A program made the translations under genes and the position numbers. Below the pieces are notes generated by a model, which saw nothing but the letters and a program-made list of their open reading frames with translations, was not told the DNA's origin and searched no databases. A stretch of 64,000 nucleotides of DNA from Nemertoderma westbladi (taxonomy: Eukaryota; Animalia; Xenacoelomorpha), in assembly GCA_032718475.1 (NCBI GenBank), contig JAUCBJ010008744.1:1-64000 (forward strand), read 5' to 3'. Positions 38,351-52,016 of this stretch are shown here, piece after piece; positions within the stretch are counted from its first letter, which is position 1; each line of letters starts with the position of its first letter.

Positions 38351-41300
38351 TAGACTGATAGATGGGAGTCGAATGCTTTCTGCTTTCTTGAAGTCCACAA
38401 AACAGCAAAAGTCAAGACTGCAGGGAGATTCTTCGACTTAATTCCCAATTTCCCCAATCAGCTGATCAGTCTACGTTACGTACAGACGTAGCGCAAGGAG
38501 GGCGTGCAGGCGTGGGGGTGGGGCATTAAGGCTGTAAGGAGGCATTAGGCCTACAGCATTAGTCATGACTCATGGACCTTAACAGCTTAACGCCCCTTGT
38601 TTGGTGTTGTTAGGTTCCCTTGCCAATCCTACGGTAGGCCTACCAGTCTAGTCTGCCAGTAGATTTATAAATTTACAGTGTTGGGTGGTGTTTCTTTTAT
38701 CTGTTTATTGCACAAGCCAGCAACTGAGCAAGACATTCGTTGATGCCTTGGTAGTCTGTGGTCTGGTAGTGGTAGGTCTGTAGGTTTGGAATTAGGGAAC
38801 CATTTTTTTTAATTGTTTAAAAGTCGATACCGACCCAGACAGCCAGACCGAGGCCTAACTATCAGACTATTTATTGCCTGTTATCCTGAACAATCCCAAC
38901 AAAAAATATCAGTGTGCCGGTAAGTGCAGAAGTGTAAGTAAACAGGCCTATGCAGCTAGGCCTATCGCCTATCTGCCTATCGCTATCCTATCCTATCACT
39001 TCACCTAATACTGTAATTGGTGTAATACAGGAATATCTTGGTACGTAGGCCTACTAAAAATACTAATCTTACCGTCTGACCGTATACAGTATAGCCGTAA
39101 CAGGTAACAACCGCTGAACCGAGGCTAATTCTGTAATTAACAGATTCTGAGTATACGGCAGGGCAGGCCTACATGACAGCATGATTTAACGTCTCTTCCC
39201 GCCCCTCGCCTCGCCCCATATCTGCCTCTTTAATATTCTGAAATTTATACTACTAGCTGAGAGCTGACTAGAGAGAGGGAAGTTCTGGCTGTCTGGTAGT
39301 GAAGTGATAGGCCTACTAATCTACACGCTACCGGTACAATACAAAGTTAATGAGGAAAATACAATCACCTAACAAACAATAATTCACTCAATGTAATACT
39401 GACCATTGACCAATGCAATTTATAGTAAGCAAGCACCCCAGCCAGGCTAAGCTAGCTGCTAGCTGTGATCAATCTCCAGGATTTGGCATGGGAATTACTG
39501 CTGAAGGAAAGGGTAACATTTTTAGACACCATCATGCGGATGCGATTGAACATATTATTAAAGAATTAGAGCCGCCTTATTACTACAACAGTTACTTCAA
39601 CTATTTAATTTTCTATTATTAGGAACCGAAGGTTACTTTCTGTAAGAATTTGATGTAATAATAGTAATAGTAATAATAATAGTAATATTTTGAAGCGAAA
39701 TAACATAAAAACGGCTCTAACGATTTTGTTAAAATTTTGCATAACGCAATGTTTTGATGACCACTATCGTTTCCCGCTGGTCCCATGTCTGTCCATAGAA
39801 TGTGGGCTCGAATAATAGTCATAAACGAAAAAACGCCATAGGCGCAATGATAAAACACCAGCTGGAGCGCATGAAAAATGTATAGAGGGCCTAGTGATTC
39901 TATTCAATAGAGAAAGGGCCAACTAACAAGGATGTACTTTCTGTGCCAAGTTTTTATTTAATCACTCACTCTTTCAACCCAGACTATAAGCAAACATTAT
40001 CTTGGTTAGTTTGTAATCTACTATTATCCCATCAGCTGAATAACTCTTCCCCGTGCTTCCTAAGGGAATATCTACAAGGTGGTGGTGGGTTGTGGGTCAG
40101 CGGAATGAATTTTAGTTACACACATAGTGCTGGTTACCGTTAATGGTACTATACTCAGCTAATAATAAAATAATAATTGATGTATTTAAAAATCCGAGAG
40201 GGAGGTGAGTTAATGACTTGCTTGGCAAACATTAATTATATTAATCTGTCAAACCAGAGGGAATACAGAGTGGGATCTACAGTACCTGTCTCTGTATAAC
40301 TTTTTACCCAGCTGATAGCTCCTTTAGCTTTAATCCAACACAAACTGTTGCCCTGGATTCAATGAATGCGAATGTCTATTACAGTAGGTTCCTGGGAAAA
40401 GCTGGCCACCTGAATGACTTTTTAGTTATAGAGTAGTGTACACGAGTGAGGCCTAACTCTCTCAGCGAACAATTATAATTATACTATGGCTAGTTATATA
40501 ATATTCTGATATTGGCTTCCGACACACACATACACTGAAACCTACACCTAAGTTCGCTGGTTATTCGCAGTTCTGACTCGCCATATATGAACCTAACTGT
40601 AGGGTACTATTGATAACTATACTAGTTGCAATGTTCAATTAAAATCAGAGTTTGGAGGTCTAATTATGTTTTGGCAACATTAATACTATGAGTGGTGTTT
40701 GGTATTATATATAATTTTGATGTAGACAGGATATATGTTGCCCTAACTGCTTTAATAATTACTAGGAACAGATTATGAGATATATGAGTTTCTTTTCCCT
40801 AAATTGAGAATTAAACATTGAGGCGGTATATTAATTCGCCAAGGTGGGTTTTGCGTCCACTTTCCCCCCTGTCTCCTTTGTTCACTAACTTGGTGAAATT
40901 TTTTATTATAAATTCTGAACATACGTGCAAATTACAGTATTAGTATAGGTAGTGCTGGCTGATACTGGGTGCTCATATTTGCAACCATTTGTAACAAATT
41001 GTAACCAGGGACATCAATTCGTGACAAGGTGCTCATATTTTTAACCAAACACATTGATTCGTAATGCGGAAATACAGATTTATAACCAGGCGCTCAGATT
41101 CGAAACTGGTTTAGAGTTGATATCCTGAAAAAAATAGTTAGCGGCTTATGGCCTGTAAAAATATTAGTTTCGGTTTGGTTTAACTTCGGTTCCTTCACGG
41201 CGTCTCGACGCCGTCTTTATTTTTTCTTTTATTTATTTAGTACAATAATTCAGCTATTTCCATTAATTTTCTTCTATTTATAATTTATTTATTTAACTGC

Positions 41301-41363
41301 GGATTTATAAATTTATTAAATAATAATTTTATCCAATATTGTAACATTAGGATACTCAACGCC

Positions 41364-42780
41364 GTTAGTATTAACAGCGAGTTGTTATTTAGCACTTTAC
41401 AACTTTAGAGGACATTACAGCATTGTATTGGCCTGTACATTTAGTATTGTATTTGGTGTTATTGTTTACGTGGTAACCATGACGGCGTTAGTATTAACAG
41501 CGAGTTATTATTTAGCACTTTACAACTTTAGAGGACATTACAGCATTGTATTGGCCTGTACATTTAGTATTGTATTTGGTGTTATTGTTTACGTGGTAAC
41601 CATGACGGCGTTAGTATTAACAGCGAGTTGTTATTTAGCACTTTACAACTTTAGAGGACATTACAGCATTGTATTGGCCTGTACATTTAGTATTGTATTT
41701 GGTGTTATTGTTTACGTGGTAACCATGACGGCGTTAGTATTAACAGCGAGTTGTTATTTAGCACTTTACAACTTTAGAGGACATTACAGCATTGTATTGG
41801 CCTGTACATTTAGTATTGTATTTGGTGTTATTGTTTACGTGGTAACCATGACGGCGTTAGTATTAACAGCGAGTTGTTATTTAGCACTTTACAACTTTAA
41901 GAGGACATTACAGCATTGTATTGGCCTGTACATTTAGTATTGTATTTGGTGTTATTGTTTACGTGGTAACCATGACGGTGTTAGTATTAACAGCGAGTTG
42001 TTATTTAGCACTTTACAACTTTAGAGGACATTACAGCATTGTATTGGCCTGTACATTTAGTATTGTATTTGGTGTTATTGTTTACGTGGTAACCATGACG
42101 GCGTTAGTATTAACAGCGAGTTGTTATTTAGCACTTTACAACTTTAGAGGACATTACAGCATTGTATTGGCCTGTACATTTAGTATTGTATTTGGTGTTA
42201 TTGTTTACGTGGTAACCATGACGGCGTTAGTATTAACAGCGAGTTGTTATTTAGCACTTTACAACTTTAGAGGACATTACAGCATTGTATTGGCCTGTAC
42301 ATTTAGTATTGTATTTGGTGTTATTGTTTACGTGGTAACCATGACGGTGTTAGTATTAACAGCGAGTTGTTATTTAGCACTTTACAACTTTAGAGGACAT
42401 TACAGCATTGTATTGGCCTGTACATTATTTTAGTATTGTATTTGGTGTTATTGTTTACGTGGTAACCATGACGGCGTTAGTATTAACAGCGAGTTGTTAT
42501 TTAGCACTTTACAACTTTAGAGGACATTACAGCATTGTATTGGCCTGTACATTTAGTATTGTATTTGGTGTTATTGTTTACGTGGTAACCATGACGGTGT
42601 TAGTATTAACAGCGAGTTATTATTTAGCACTTTACAACTTTAGAGGACATTACAGCATTGTATTGGCCTGTACATTTAGTATTGTATTTGGTGTTATTGT
42701 TTACGTGGTAACCATGACGGCGTTAGTATTAACAGCGAGTTGTTATTTAGCACTTTACAACTTTAGAGGACATTACAGCA
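41364..42780. repeat. 123-bp tandem repeat, ~11.5 near-identical units
   Basis: ATTGTTTACG recurs at 41461 and 41584 (period 123); small indels at ~41900 and ~42425. Confidence 0.95.
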
Positions 42781-42879
42781 ACTACTGTAATACTGTATAA
42801 TTTGTGCAGTTTCTATCACTTATAATGTACCTATATGTACAATCATTTCGTAATGTTAAAATTTTGGAATAAAACTACA

Positions 42880-43016
42880 TACATACTTGTTGCAAAGTAC
42901 TTTACAGTGTTCTGATCCTCGTGGCTTTATATTCGCTCACTCACTAACGTTCGTTCGTGTAACAAAGCCACTCGGATCATCACACTGTAAAGTGCTACTT
43001 TACACACAAGTATGTA
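42880..43016. repeat. ~137-bp imperfect palindrome (MITE-like)
   Basis: TACATACTTGT...CTTTACAGTGT...GATCC..GTGGCTTT pairs with AAAGCCAC..GGATC...ACACTGTAAAG...ACAAGTATGTA. Confidence 0.8.
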
Positions 43017-43522
43017 AATAGTTATTAGGCCTACAAATCTATTGTACAGTAAATATCAATTTGCATTAGTGTGGTGCCTACCGGGAAATGTCACAATTGT
43101 GGTAGTACAGTAGTGTAGGGGGAGGGGGGGGGGGGGGGGGGTACATCATTTTTGGACAACTCTTCGATATATCACTCAGCGTTTCAAAATTGTTTGGTTT
43201 TGGCTATAATTTGGAATATAAGTGCCCAAGTACCCAATATGCTATTCTACATGACAGGTCAGAAAAATGTTATTAAAAAAAATCGCTAATTAATAATAGT
43301 TAATACTAGTTAACAATAAAAAATAGTTGGTTGCGCTTAAAACCCTAAGGCTTTTACAGTTTTAAATTTAATCACATGAAAGTTTATTTATGAATTTAAT
43401 TTAATTACGCCTGGTATGGCACAGTAAAATATATATAAACAATAAAACAATATATAAATAAAATTCAAATTCATAATATAAATAAATAAATTAATTAAAA
43501 TGGTATGAGTCTAGCATATTAT

Positions 43523-45873
43523 TCAGTCTGAGGCGGCCCACACGTGTCGTCGATTGTCGGTTTTTGTTGCGACTTCAGCACGGTATTGGCGCAGTGCGTC
43601 GGTGTCAGGGAGTTGGAACTGTGTTGCAATATCTTCTACAAGGTAATTATCCTTGCACATTGCAAAAACAAGACGATTTAAAGTGTTTTTATGGACACCA
43701 AGTGTCTTTTTAAGAAATGACGCCTTAACGCGGTCCAAACTGTGCAGGTTTGCGGTAGAGAGATATTCCCAAAATACAGTAATGTTGTATGTCAAGATGG
43801 GCATTATTTTAATACGAAAAATCGAGACTGCTGTTTTAAGGGACAGTACTCTAGGATTTTTAATGTTGTGTATGGCCATAGTCGCTTTACAACAAACATT
43901 CGTAGTGTGTTTAGTAAAAACCAGTGTTGGTTGCAGTGTAACCCCTAGGTATGTGTAGGATGTTGCCATGGAGACGGATTCACCATTATAGTTGAATTTG
44001 TCTGCTTTGCTGAGCCTACCACCACGGCGGAATTTTATTTCGGCTGTCTTTTTTAAGTTTACTTTTAATCCATTCGCATTGGACCATTTGGAAAGAGAAT
44101 CGAGTGCTGTCTGAATGGCTTCCTTCGAGTGGGAGTATACCAGAAGGTCATCTGCATAAAATAGAATTATCAACAGTACAGACGCCAACTTGAGGGCCCC
44201 AACCAGGGCAGCGATGTATAGTATAAACAGAATGGGGCTAAGGGAATCGCCTTGTAGTAAGCCACGGATTTGTTTGATGGGGTTAGATTTTCGCAGGCCA
44301 TCGTAAACAATAATAAAATTTGGTGCTAGTAGTAATTTAATAAATTTTATAAGGCGACCTTTCAAACCAAATTGAGATTTCAGTTTGCTGATTAGCCGGT
44401 TTCGTGGTACCGAGTCAAATGCCTTGCGGAAATCTACAAAACAGGCATAGACTGGCCTGGTTTGTATATTACCTTGATGTCCTTTATGAGTTGCTCGAGA
44501 GGTTGCCTGGTGCTACGTCCTGGCAGGAATCCATACTGTATTGTTCGATTGGGATTTTTTCTCTTAAGGTTTTGAGTAACCTCTTACCTATTATACCAGT
44601 CAGGATTTTGTACACGTTACATAGCAATGCGATGCCACGATAGTTGTCTGGTAGCGTCCGGTCACCGTTACCCTTGTACAGGACTTTGCATAAACATAGC
44701 GACCAATTGGAGACTAGTTTGAGTGAGAAGAAGCATGCGTTAAACAACATAACCCATAATAACAGTGTCAGTGGTAACGCGGCCTTCAAGAGTTCGTAAG
44801 GTAGACTGTCATATCCACCGGACTTTCTATTAGGTTTCTTCATTACTTCGTCCTGGACTTCTTCAGCAGTGAACGGAGCATTATAGGGGAGTTCATTTCC
44901 ATCATCAGCATCTTGTTCGCTGTCGATATCACTAGATGTATCGTCGACAAATTGTGTTTGGGGATCGGGCTGTTCGGACAGCAGTTTATTGAAGTGTGTC
45001 TCCCACAGAGCTAATGGGACAGGGCAGGGGGGGTCCGGGTGATGTTTCTTCCACCATTTGTAGGGAGTCAATTCTGCCTCGGCAATTAGATCTCTCTTGA
45101 TGTTCAATGAAAGCATCGCGTTTATTATTTAGTATTTCCTTGTAACTGCCTTTCAGTAGACAGGGGTCCTCGCGGAGACTGATGTCGGATTTTGCCCGGT
45201 TGTGCTGCGCGATGACCTTCTGGCGAAAGTTGTTGCATTCGGCATCGAACCAGAGATTATTATGATTGTTGCTGCTGCTAGATACTGTTACAGCTGCGTC
45301 CTTTATGGCCTCCGTGACATACTCATAGGCCGATTCAATGTCGTTGTCCTTCATCAGGTGATCTATCCCCACTTGCAAACGACTGTCTGATAGCAGGTTG
45401 TTTATACTGAGTTTACGCGTCTTCGTTGGTTTATTGTTAGTGGTTTCAGTAGGGGTTACATGATTGTCGTTTCTATGTAAGTTCCAGTGCATCTCTATTG
45501 GTACATGTTTTCTCATACCGTTTACAGGATAGTGTATCTCCGAAACACTAACATTGGCGAAAACCAGATCTATTAGGCTAGAACCATTGTGGCAGTAATA
45601 TGTAGCCTGAGTGCGGTCATTATGAAGTTCAATTCCACGACCATATTCTTCAACAAAGCATTCCATGTTATCTGTTTTTGCATTTCTGCATCTGTCAAAT
45701 CTGACATTGAAGTCCCCTGCCAGAATTATATTCCCGTCGTAGTCAGCATCGATGCAATCGACAGCAGTGCACAGTCCCTCTACCAGTTCATCCTTGCTGG
45801 TGGTCGGTGGGAAGTAGCAGCATATAAATATTCCAACGTTGGTTTTTACAGCCACGCAATTATCGTTATCCAT
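43523..45873 (-). mobile_element. Frameshifted non-LTR retrotransposon ORF2 (APE endonuclease + RT), RTE/RTEX-like
   Basis: APE motifs ILAGDFN and SLIDLVF; RT motifs DNYRGIALL, GLLQGDSLSPILF, LFYADD, FRRGGRL and YTYLGV. Split over three ORFs. Confidence 0.88.
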
Positions 45874-46149
45874 TAAAGTTTAAAGTTTATTTATATGATA
45901 GATCAAGGATGGGGCAACATTAAACTATATATCAGACGTAATTTTGTGAAAATGAACCGGCACCGCTAGATGGCGCTGCTACATAATTTATGCAAATTTT
46001 TGAGTTTGTTATAACATTACATTTTATTAACTCAAAATTTCAAAAAGTTGTCTGATACTTTTATGCAGCGTTGCTATGTAGACACCGGGGGCGGGTGCGG
46101 AGAGGGCGTAGTACATTTGTACATGTTTTGACTGCAAGGCAGAGAGATG

Positions 46150-46265
46150 CGCCCTAGCTGGTCCCTTCAAAGCATTCGTGCCGAAACCTGCCCTGGCCCG
46201 TGTGAGGATCGAACCAACGACCTACGGTAGATGTGAATTCAATGAAACCACTACACCAAGGTGTG
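46150..46265 (-). mobile_element. tRNA-derived SINE head
   Basis: The - strand has A-box-like TGGTGTAGTGG and B-box GGTTCGATCC; it abuts the truncated gypsy integrase. Confidence 0.55.
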
Positions 46266-46269
46266 TAGT

Positions 46270-49200
46270 AGGGACAATATATGCATTGACGAGCACGTTG
46301 AAGTGTGCGGTCTCTTCCTTGATGTGCTATGTGCAGTCCTTGCAGAATTTCCTGTCGTATACATTTTGGAATAACTATGCGACTTCCGTTGAATATGACT
46401 CCTTTGGTCGCGCTCAAGTTTTCTCGGATCGTCCAAAATGGTCGTAGGTCATCGTCTAAACCATGTTTATTGTCAGTAAATGATGCTGAATTCAATAACC
46501 TAAGGAGTTTCTTATAAGATGTGTCGGTCTCACCAGCCTCCTTGATTCTAGTCAAATCCAAATTTGTTCCCGATCCCGTCTGGTGACTTCCACTGCATTG
46601 ATAACTAGGACATTTGCATAGCCCTCAATGTCTTCAGAATCGTCTTCGTCTTATCTGGGGTACCAACTGGATGACGTGATAACGCATCGGCCAATTTGTG
46701 GTCTTTGCCTTTTCTCCATATAGTTTCAATCTGGTTGTGAGCCAGTTTTTCTTTCAAAATCATTAACCTTGGTGTAGCCATTTCGTCTAAGGATTTTTCA
46801 CTGATTATCGGAATCAATGGCTTGTGATCTACTATTAGTTGGAATTCTGCTCCGCCGATAAAAAAAAACGGCATTTACGAACTGCCCACACAACTGCTAG
46901 TAACTCTACTTCTGTAGCTGAATATGGGGTTTCTGCGGGTGTCAATGCCCTTGATCCACACTGAAGCATTTTCCATTCTGGGTTGGTGTAAGGACCTTGA
47001 TGTTGCCACAATACGCACCCCAAGCCTTTGGACTGGGCTGCGTCTGTTTCTAGCCTCATTTGTGCCCCAGGTCTGTAATGTGCCAAAACATCCTTTGATG
47101 TTGTAAGGATATGAATAATTTTCTCAAAGGCAACTTGTTGTGGTTTCTCCCAAATGAAGTGCATTCTGGCAGATAGCAAGGCATTCAATGGCTCCAAGAG
47201 TGATGTTATCTCCTTTGAGAACGTTTGAAATTGCTGCACAAGGCCGCAAAATGAGCGAACATCCGTCTTGTTGGTAGGTACTGGGAATGATGAGAGTGCA
47301 GAGACCAGGCTGTCACAAGGTGTGTAGCCTTCATTCGACAGGTTGTATCCGCACCATTCGACCCTTGGCTGAGCATAGACGAATTTGTTTCGGTTGAGGG
47401 TAATTCCTAGTGCACGACAGCTTTCCAGAATATTCCTCACTCGTTGTTCATGCTCTGTTTTATTGTTGTCACATGCAACTATATCTTCGACTATTTTTCT
47501 TGTGTTTTCAATGCCGTCAATAACCCCATCGCTTCTACTATTGTGCTCATCTCCTGCACTGCTTAATCCCATGACGTTTCGAAGATATCTCATTCTTCCC
47601 CATGGAGTTATGAAAGTTGTTAGCGCCTGAGTTTTATTTGATAATGGCACTTGCCAGTACCCATGTCTGGCATCCAAAGTTGTGAATACCGACATGCCTG
47701 GTTTTATCTGAGCAACTTCCTCTGATGGAATTTTAGTTGGATATCCAGGCCGTTTTAGGTATTTATTTAGTGCTCTAAAATCAACGGTTATCCTTGGCTC
47801 ATCTGATTTCTTTTTCTTTGTAATGACCATTGGGTGAACCCAGTCAGACAGTTCACTTCCTGGGACCCTTTCAATTATCCCCTTGGAAATCATTTTATCC
47901 AGTAGATCCTTGACTTTGTCCTGCCAGTGAATTGGGATGGAGTGGGGTTTGTATTTTTTGACAGGTACAGCCTCTGGAACCAGCTCAATATTCATTTCCG
48001 GCCCTTTCATCTTTGTTAGAATGGTGATGTCATTGACGTCAGGTAGCACATCTGAAAATTCTGCAATTATCTCTTCTCGTGTTGCTAGTTCTTCCTGTGC
48101 CTCATAATGTGTTCCATTATTTCTAGGCTGCCTGCATTTATCTACATTGACTGCATTAATGCCCTTATTTGCAAGATTGCAATTTTCGGCCTCTACTGGT
48201 GTCATTCTGCCGTCCCATCCAAATTTTGCCACTGATGATGGCCATTCCGGTGGTAGTAGTTTTAGTGAAATGCACGCTTTACGGCTTAGTAGTGGGGTGC
48301 GGACCCTATCAACTACATGAACTTTGTCCCTGCACATTCGCCCATATAGCTCTAGTTCGATCTCTAATACTCCCAACGACTCCAATCTTTCATCACCTGG
48401 ACGAATTAGACCGTCGGGGTTTTCATGTAAACAATAATGGTCTACCCCGTTCATCAAGTTGGCCAAGTCGAATCCGAACATTACGCATGCAAATGCACCA
48501 GGATCACATAACCATGATATCGTGGTCGAATTTCCGTTCTTGTACCTGTCCTTAATAGGGACTGCTGCATCTCCTGGTGCTATGTGGCCAATCGTAATAA
48601 AGTTAATCTGTTTCGAGTGACTGGTAGGGGCCCTTTGTGAGCGACACACCCGACTATGTCGGGTGTCCCGCCTTACCACAATTTCGGCACAGCGATTTCA
48701 TTGCGGGACAATCTCGTTTGTCAGCGTTACTATGTGATGTATAACCACAGTTATCACTTGGTTGCATCCGATTACTTACCTCTAAACATTTGGAACTCTT
48801 TGGGACTTTCTTGTAAGTGGACATCGATATGGCATTCAGCCCTTCACCTTCAGAATTGTCGCTGTCAGTTTCATACTCGACGTATGTCGATGCAATTCCC
48901 CTCTCCGACGGGGATGCGAGCTTTGTATCCACTTCTTCCCCCGACTCCATGTTGCGACATAATTCTAGAACGCCTTGTAGACTGAGACTGTCCATGGGTT
49001 TCTCCAGGATTCGCTGATGTATGTGGCTGTCTCTAATTCCGGATACAATGGCCGATAACAATTGCTCCTCCCTATGTTCGGCACTGTTGTGACAGCTAGA
49101 CCACGACCACGCGCGCATGCCCGCTCGAGTGTTTTCAATGCTAAGTAAAAGTCATTAAATTTCTCTCCAGGCTGTTGAATTCTCCTCCTGAATGCACCAC

Positions 49201-49290
49201 GATCTAAGAGTACGTGGCGGCATCCACGTATATATTTTTCCAAGGAATCTAAGATCTGTGCCACATCATCCTGAGTTCCAATGGATATGC
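46270..49290 (-). mobile_element. Ty3/gypsy LTR retrotransposon internal region (gag-PR-RT-RNaseH-truncated IN), frameshifted, no LTRs seen
   Basis: gag FRRRIQQPGEKFNDF and zinc knuckle CRNCGKAGH; PR-like CDPGA; RT VDFRALNK, LDARHGYWQ, FITPWGR; RNaseH TDAA...EVELLAVVWA...DHKPL...ADALSR; IN zinc finger LHIAHQG. Confidence 0.92.
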
Positions 49291-50145
49291 GTTAAAAAAG
49301 GTTTTTTATTCTATCATGTGCCAAATTTAATGGAGATTTCAAATCTGCAAGCAGTTTTCTCATATCTCAGTTTTCTCAAGTTATTACCCAAAACGTAAGA
49401 GCTGGTGTGATTTTTGAAAAGTCTTCGAGCAGCACTATATATTACAATTGTAAGGGTCCCTTTTCATAAAAAAGGCTCTCACGTTACAGATATGAATAAA
49501 ATTGCTAGAAAGTTGTTTTACTAGTTATATGTTTAGCAAGCATGAAAAATTTCATTGAATTTCATTCATTTTTGACAAAGTTATTGTTGAACATAGAAAA
49601 ATGGTATTATCTAAAATAGCGGGAAGGTTTGAATTGTTCCTTAAACTTTAAACACCCATATCTCAGAATGACGTTTGTTCATGAAAAAGGCTATTTCTCC
49701 GCCAGTTTTAAATGAAATGAGTTGAAATTTGGTACACTTGTTAAGATTACCCTTCTCCGTACCTCTTCAGAACAAATTTGGTTGGAAATGCCCGGGAGCC
49801 TTTTTATATCAAAATGCCCAAAAATAGCCCTTTTTTGGGGCCTTTTGTTCTAAAAAGGCTCCAGACCATTTGTGGCAAAATTTGTTCGGAAATAATTGGA
49901 TGCAGGGTTCTTCTGAACCCATATTCCAAACTTCGACAAATTTCAACAAATATTGGTGGAGAAATAATAACCCTTGGCGCAAAAAGGCACTTTTGGCCAT
50001 TACGGAGCCATTTTGGGGCCAATTTTAAAAATATTTGGTTTGGTTATTCTCAAACAGTCCAGACGATGTTTAGTAGCTCAAAAAATAATTTTCACCCAAT
50101 TTTATGGTCCAGAGACTGTGTGTGATGTTCAATTTTGGGGTGCTA
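49291..50145. mobile_element. Probable non-autonomous DNA-transposon sequence
   Basis: Non-coding segment that abruptly truncates the gypsy gag; recurring CCAAATTT/CATATCTCAG-type motifs; termini not defined. Confidence 0.3.
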
Positions 50146-50837
50146 CCCCCCCCCCCCCCCCCCCCTTAATAATCATAATTATTTGGTTTTCGGTTAGATA
50201 TTTATGAGAATGGCCTTAGTGAGAAATAGTTGTTATCTATATATTACTCAGTCTCTATAATATCCTTATGTACTTATTTATTTATTTTTATTTTAACATT
50301 ACATTATACAGTTTTGTCCTCGATCGGTGTTTTCACCTTGGTTTTGTTTACTTATAGTTTAATTAATTATTAACTTGTTATCATATGGGTTGTGCATGCC
50401 TTGATTAAATAATTAATAATAATAATTTCCATCTTCCCATCCACCCACCTTTCCATTCACTGTCCGTCCGACCGACACTCATGACAACCCACACTAACTG
50501 GAGCTAAAAAATATAAGACTTACAGTAGCTTAGCTCATGAATACCAAAATACACTCCCATATGTTATGTTTATAATATATACATTTATATAGAAATTAAT
50601 GAAATTTAAAATGTCTACTGAAAAATTCGAAAAATATGTAATTCGTTTTGTTTTTCTATTATATTTGTGTAATATTGTATTAATTTTAACCATGTAAACA
50701 AATTGGATCTCATTTGTTATTAGGCCTACTAATAAATACGAAATTGAATGCACAATTAATTATCTAACAATAGGATACACCCATCACCGATAACTGAAAT
50801 TTAATTGTAAAACAACTGATTGATTATGTTTTTAAAA

Positions 50838-52016
50838 TCACAAAGGATTTATTTTCTGAGCACCCAAGATATTTTCTGACCCACTAGACATGTATCCTAG
50901 CAACTCGAGATCAATAAATTTACTACAGTCAGAGTAAACGATGTTACCGGTGGTATTGGAAACATGCTCCCGCCAAGCCAAAGCGATATCTTTCGCCGAT
51001 TTCGGAATATCTTTAGTCACACGATTTCCCCACATCTGCAGTTGATATTTCTTGTAAAACGAGTTATTTTTTAGAAATTTCTCAACGTTTTCGTGTCGTG
51101 GAATGGAAAAACGTTTATAGAGCGCCTTGTAGACACCTTCAGGGTCTATAGCAAGGTCTTCGTAACGTACCACAGTGGTTGCCTTGGAAACAACAGGGTC
51201 TGACTGGACTGTGCTGACCATGTTTCCCATCCACTTACAGTAATGATAGACAGTATCTGAGATCCGCTCCGCCGAATACTCATTGAGTTTATTGTGACTC
51301 ATCGACGATCCATGACCTCTGGGATCCCGGAACAAAATCACAACACGGAAATTCTCCTCAAGAATTAGATTCCGCACTGCTGGAGCCAAATCCATCACAC
51401 GGATTGTTTTGGCCACCCGAAATTGATGATTTAAACAGATTTCACTAACCTCGTCCAAAACTCTATTGGCATTACCCCTGTACCCGCCATCTTGCGTCTC
51501 GTTGCAGTATCCATTATCTATTAGCAACTTTGTTTGACAGCCGCGTCCAAACAAAAGAAACTGTTGGGGCCAGTTGCAATTAAATAAAGAACGAAAAGCC
51601 CGTCGTTTGGCTGTTTCTGGGAAATCCCAAAAGGAGGATTTCTTACAAGGAGAATCACAAGTCACGTTGAATTGATTCAGAATACTGCCGCTAGGGTCCT
51701 TGTATAAAGAGTCAGAAATAAATCTCAAAGGTTCAAATAAATAGAAGACATTTGGATTTTGGTTAAATATTTCCCCAAAGAAACTGGAACCAGTTCGCAT
51801 AAATGTAACAAGCAGTATTTTTAAACTGTTTTCTTTGGTGGATATCCAAGGTCTGGCAATATCTTCATTGTCTGATAACCTGGTCGTTTCAAAAATTACG
51901 TGACGTAATGGTTCCCAGCCGTTAGGATTTCTATTATATATAAATAACAATGTTACTATGACGACGAATGCTAATATTACAACACCACGTGAATATCTTA
52001 ATCGTAGTGGTATCAT
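50838..52016 (-). CDS. Golgi type-II membrane carbohydrate sulfotransferase (CHST1/3/4/5/6-like Gal/GlcNAc 6-O-sulfotransferase family), single exon
   Basis: N-terminal TM VVILAFVVIVTLLFIY; 5'-PSB TFMRTGSSFFGEIF; YLFEP; KTIR; 3'-PB FRDPRGHGSS; VRYEDLA. Confidence 0.9.
   Translation of the reverse strand: MIPLRLRYSRGVVILAFVVIVTLLFIYNRNPNGWEPLRHVIFETTRLSDNEDIARPWISTKENSLKILLVTFMRTGSSFFGEIFNQNPNVFYLFEPLRFISDSLYKDPSGSILNQFNVTCDSPCKKSSFWDFPETAKRRAFRSLFNCNWPQQFLLFGRGCQTKLLIDNGYCNETQDGGYRGNANRVLDEVSEICLNHQFRVAKTIRVMDLAPAVRNLILEENFRVVILFRDPRGHGSSMSHNKLNEYSAERISDTVYHYCKWMGNMVSTVQSDPVVSKATTVVRYEDLAIDPEGVYKALYKRFSIPRHENVEKFLKNNSFYKKYQLQMWGNRVTKDIPKSAKDIALAWREHVSNTTGNIVYSDCSKFIDLELLGYMSSGSENILGAQKINPL

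Noticed and set aside
41364-42780. 123 = 3 x 41, suggesting derivation from the 41-bp satellite
   Set aside because: No internal 41-bp periodicity or sequence similarity to the 41-mer is visible.
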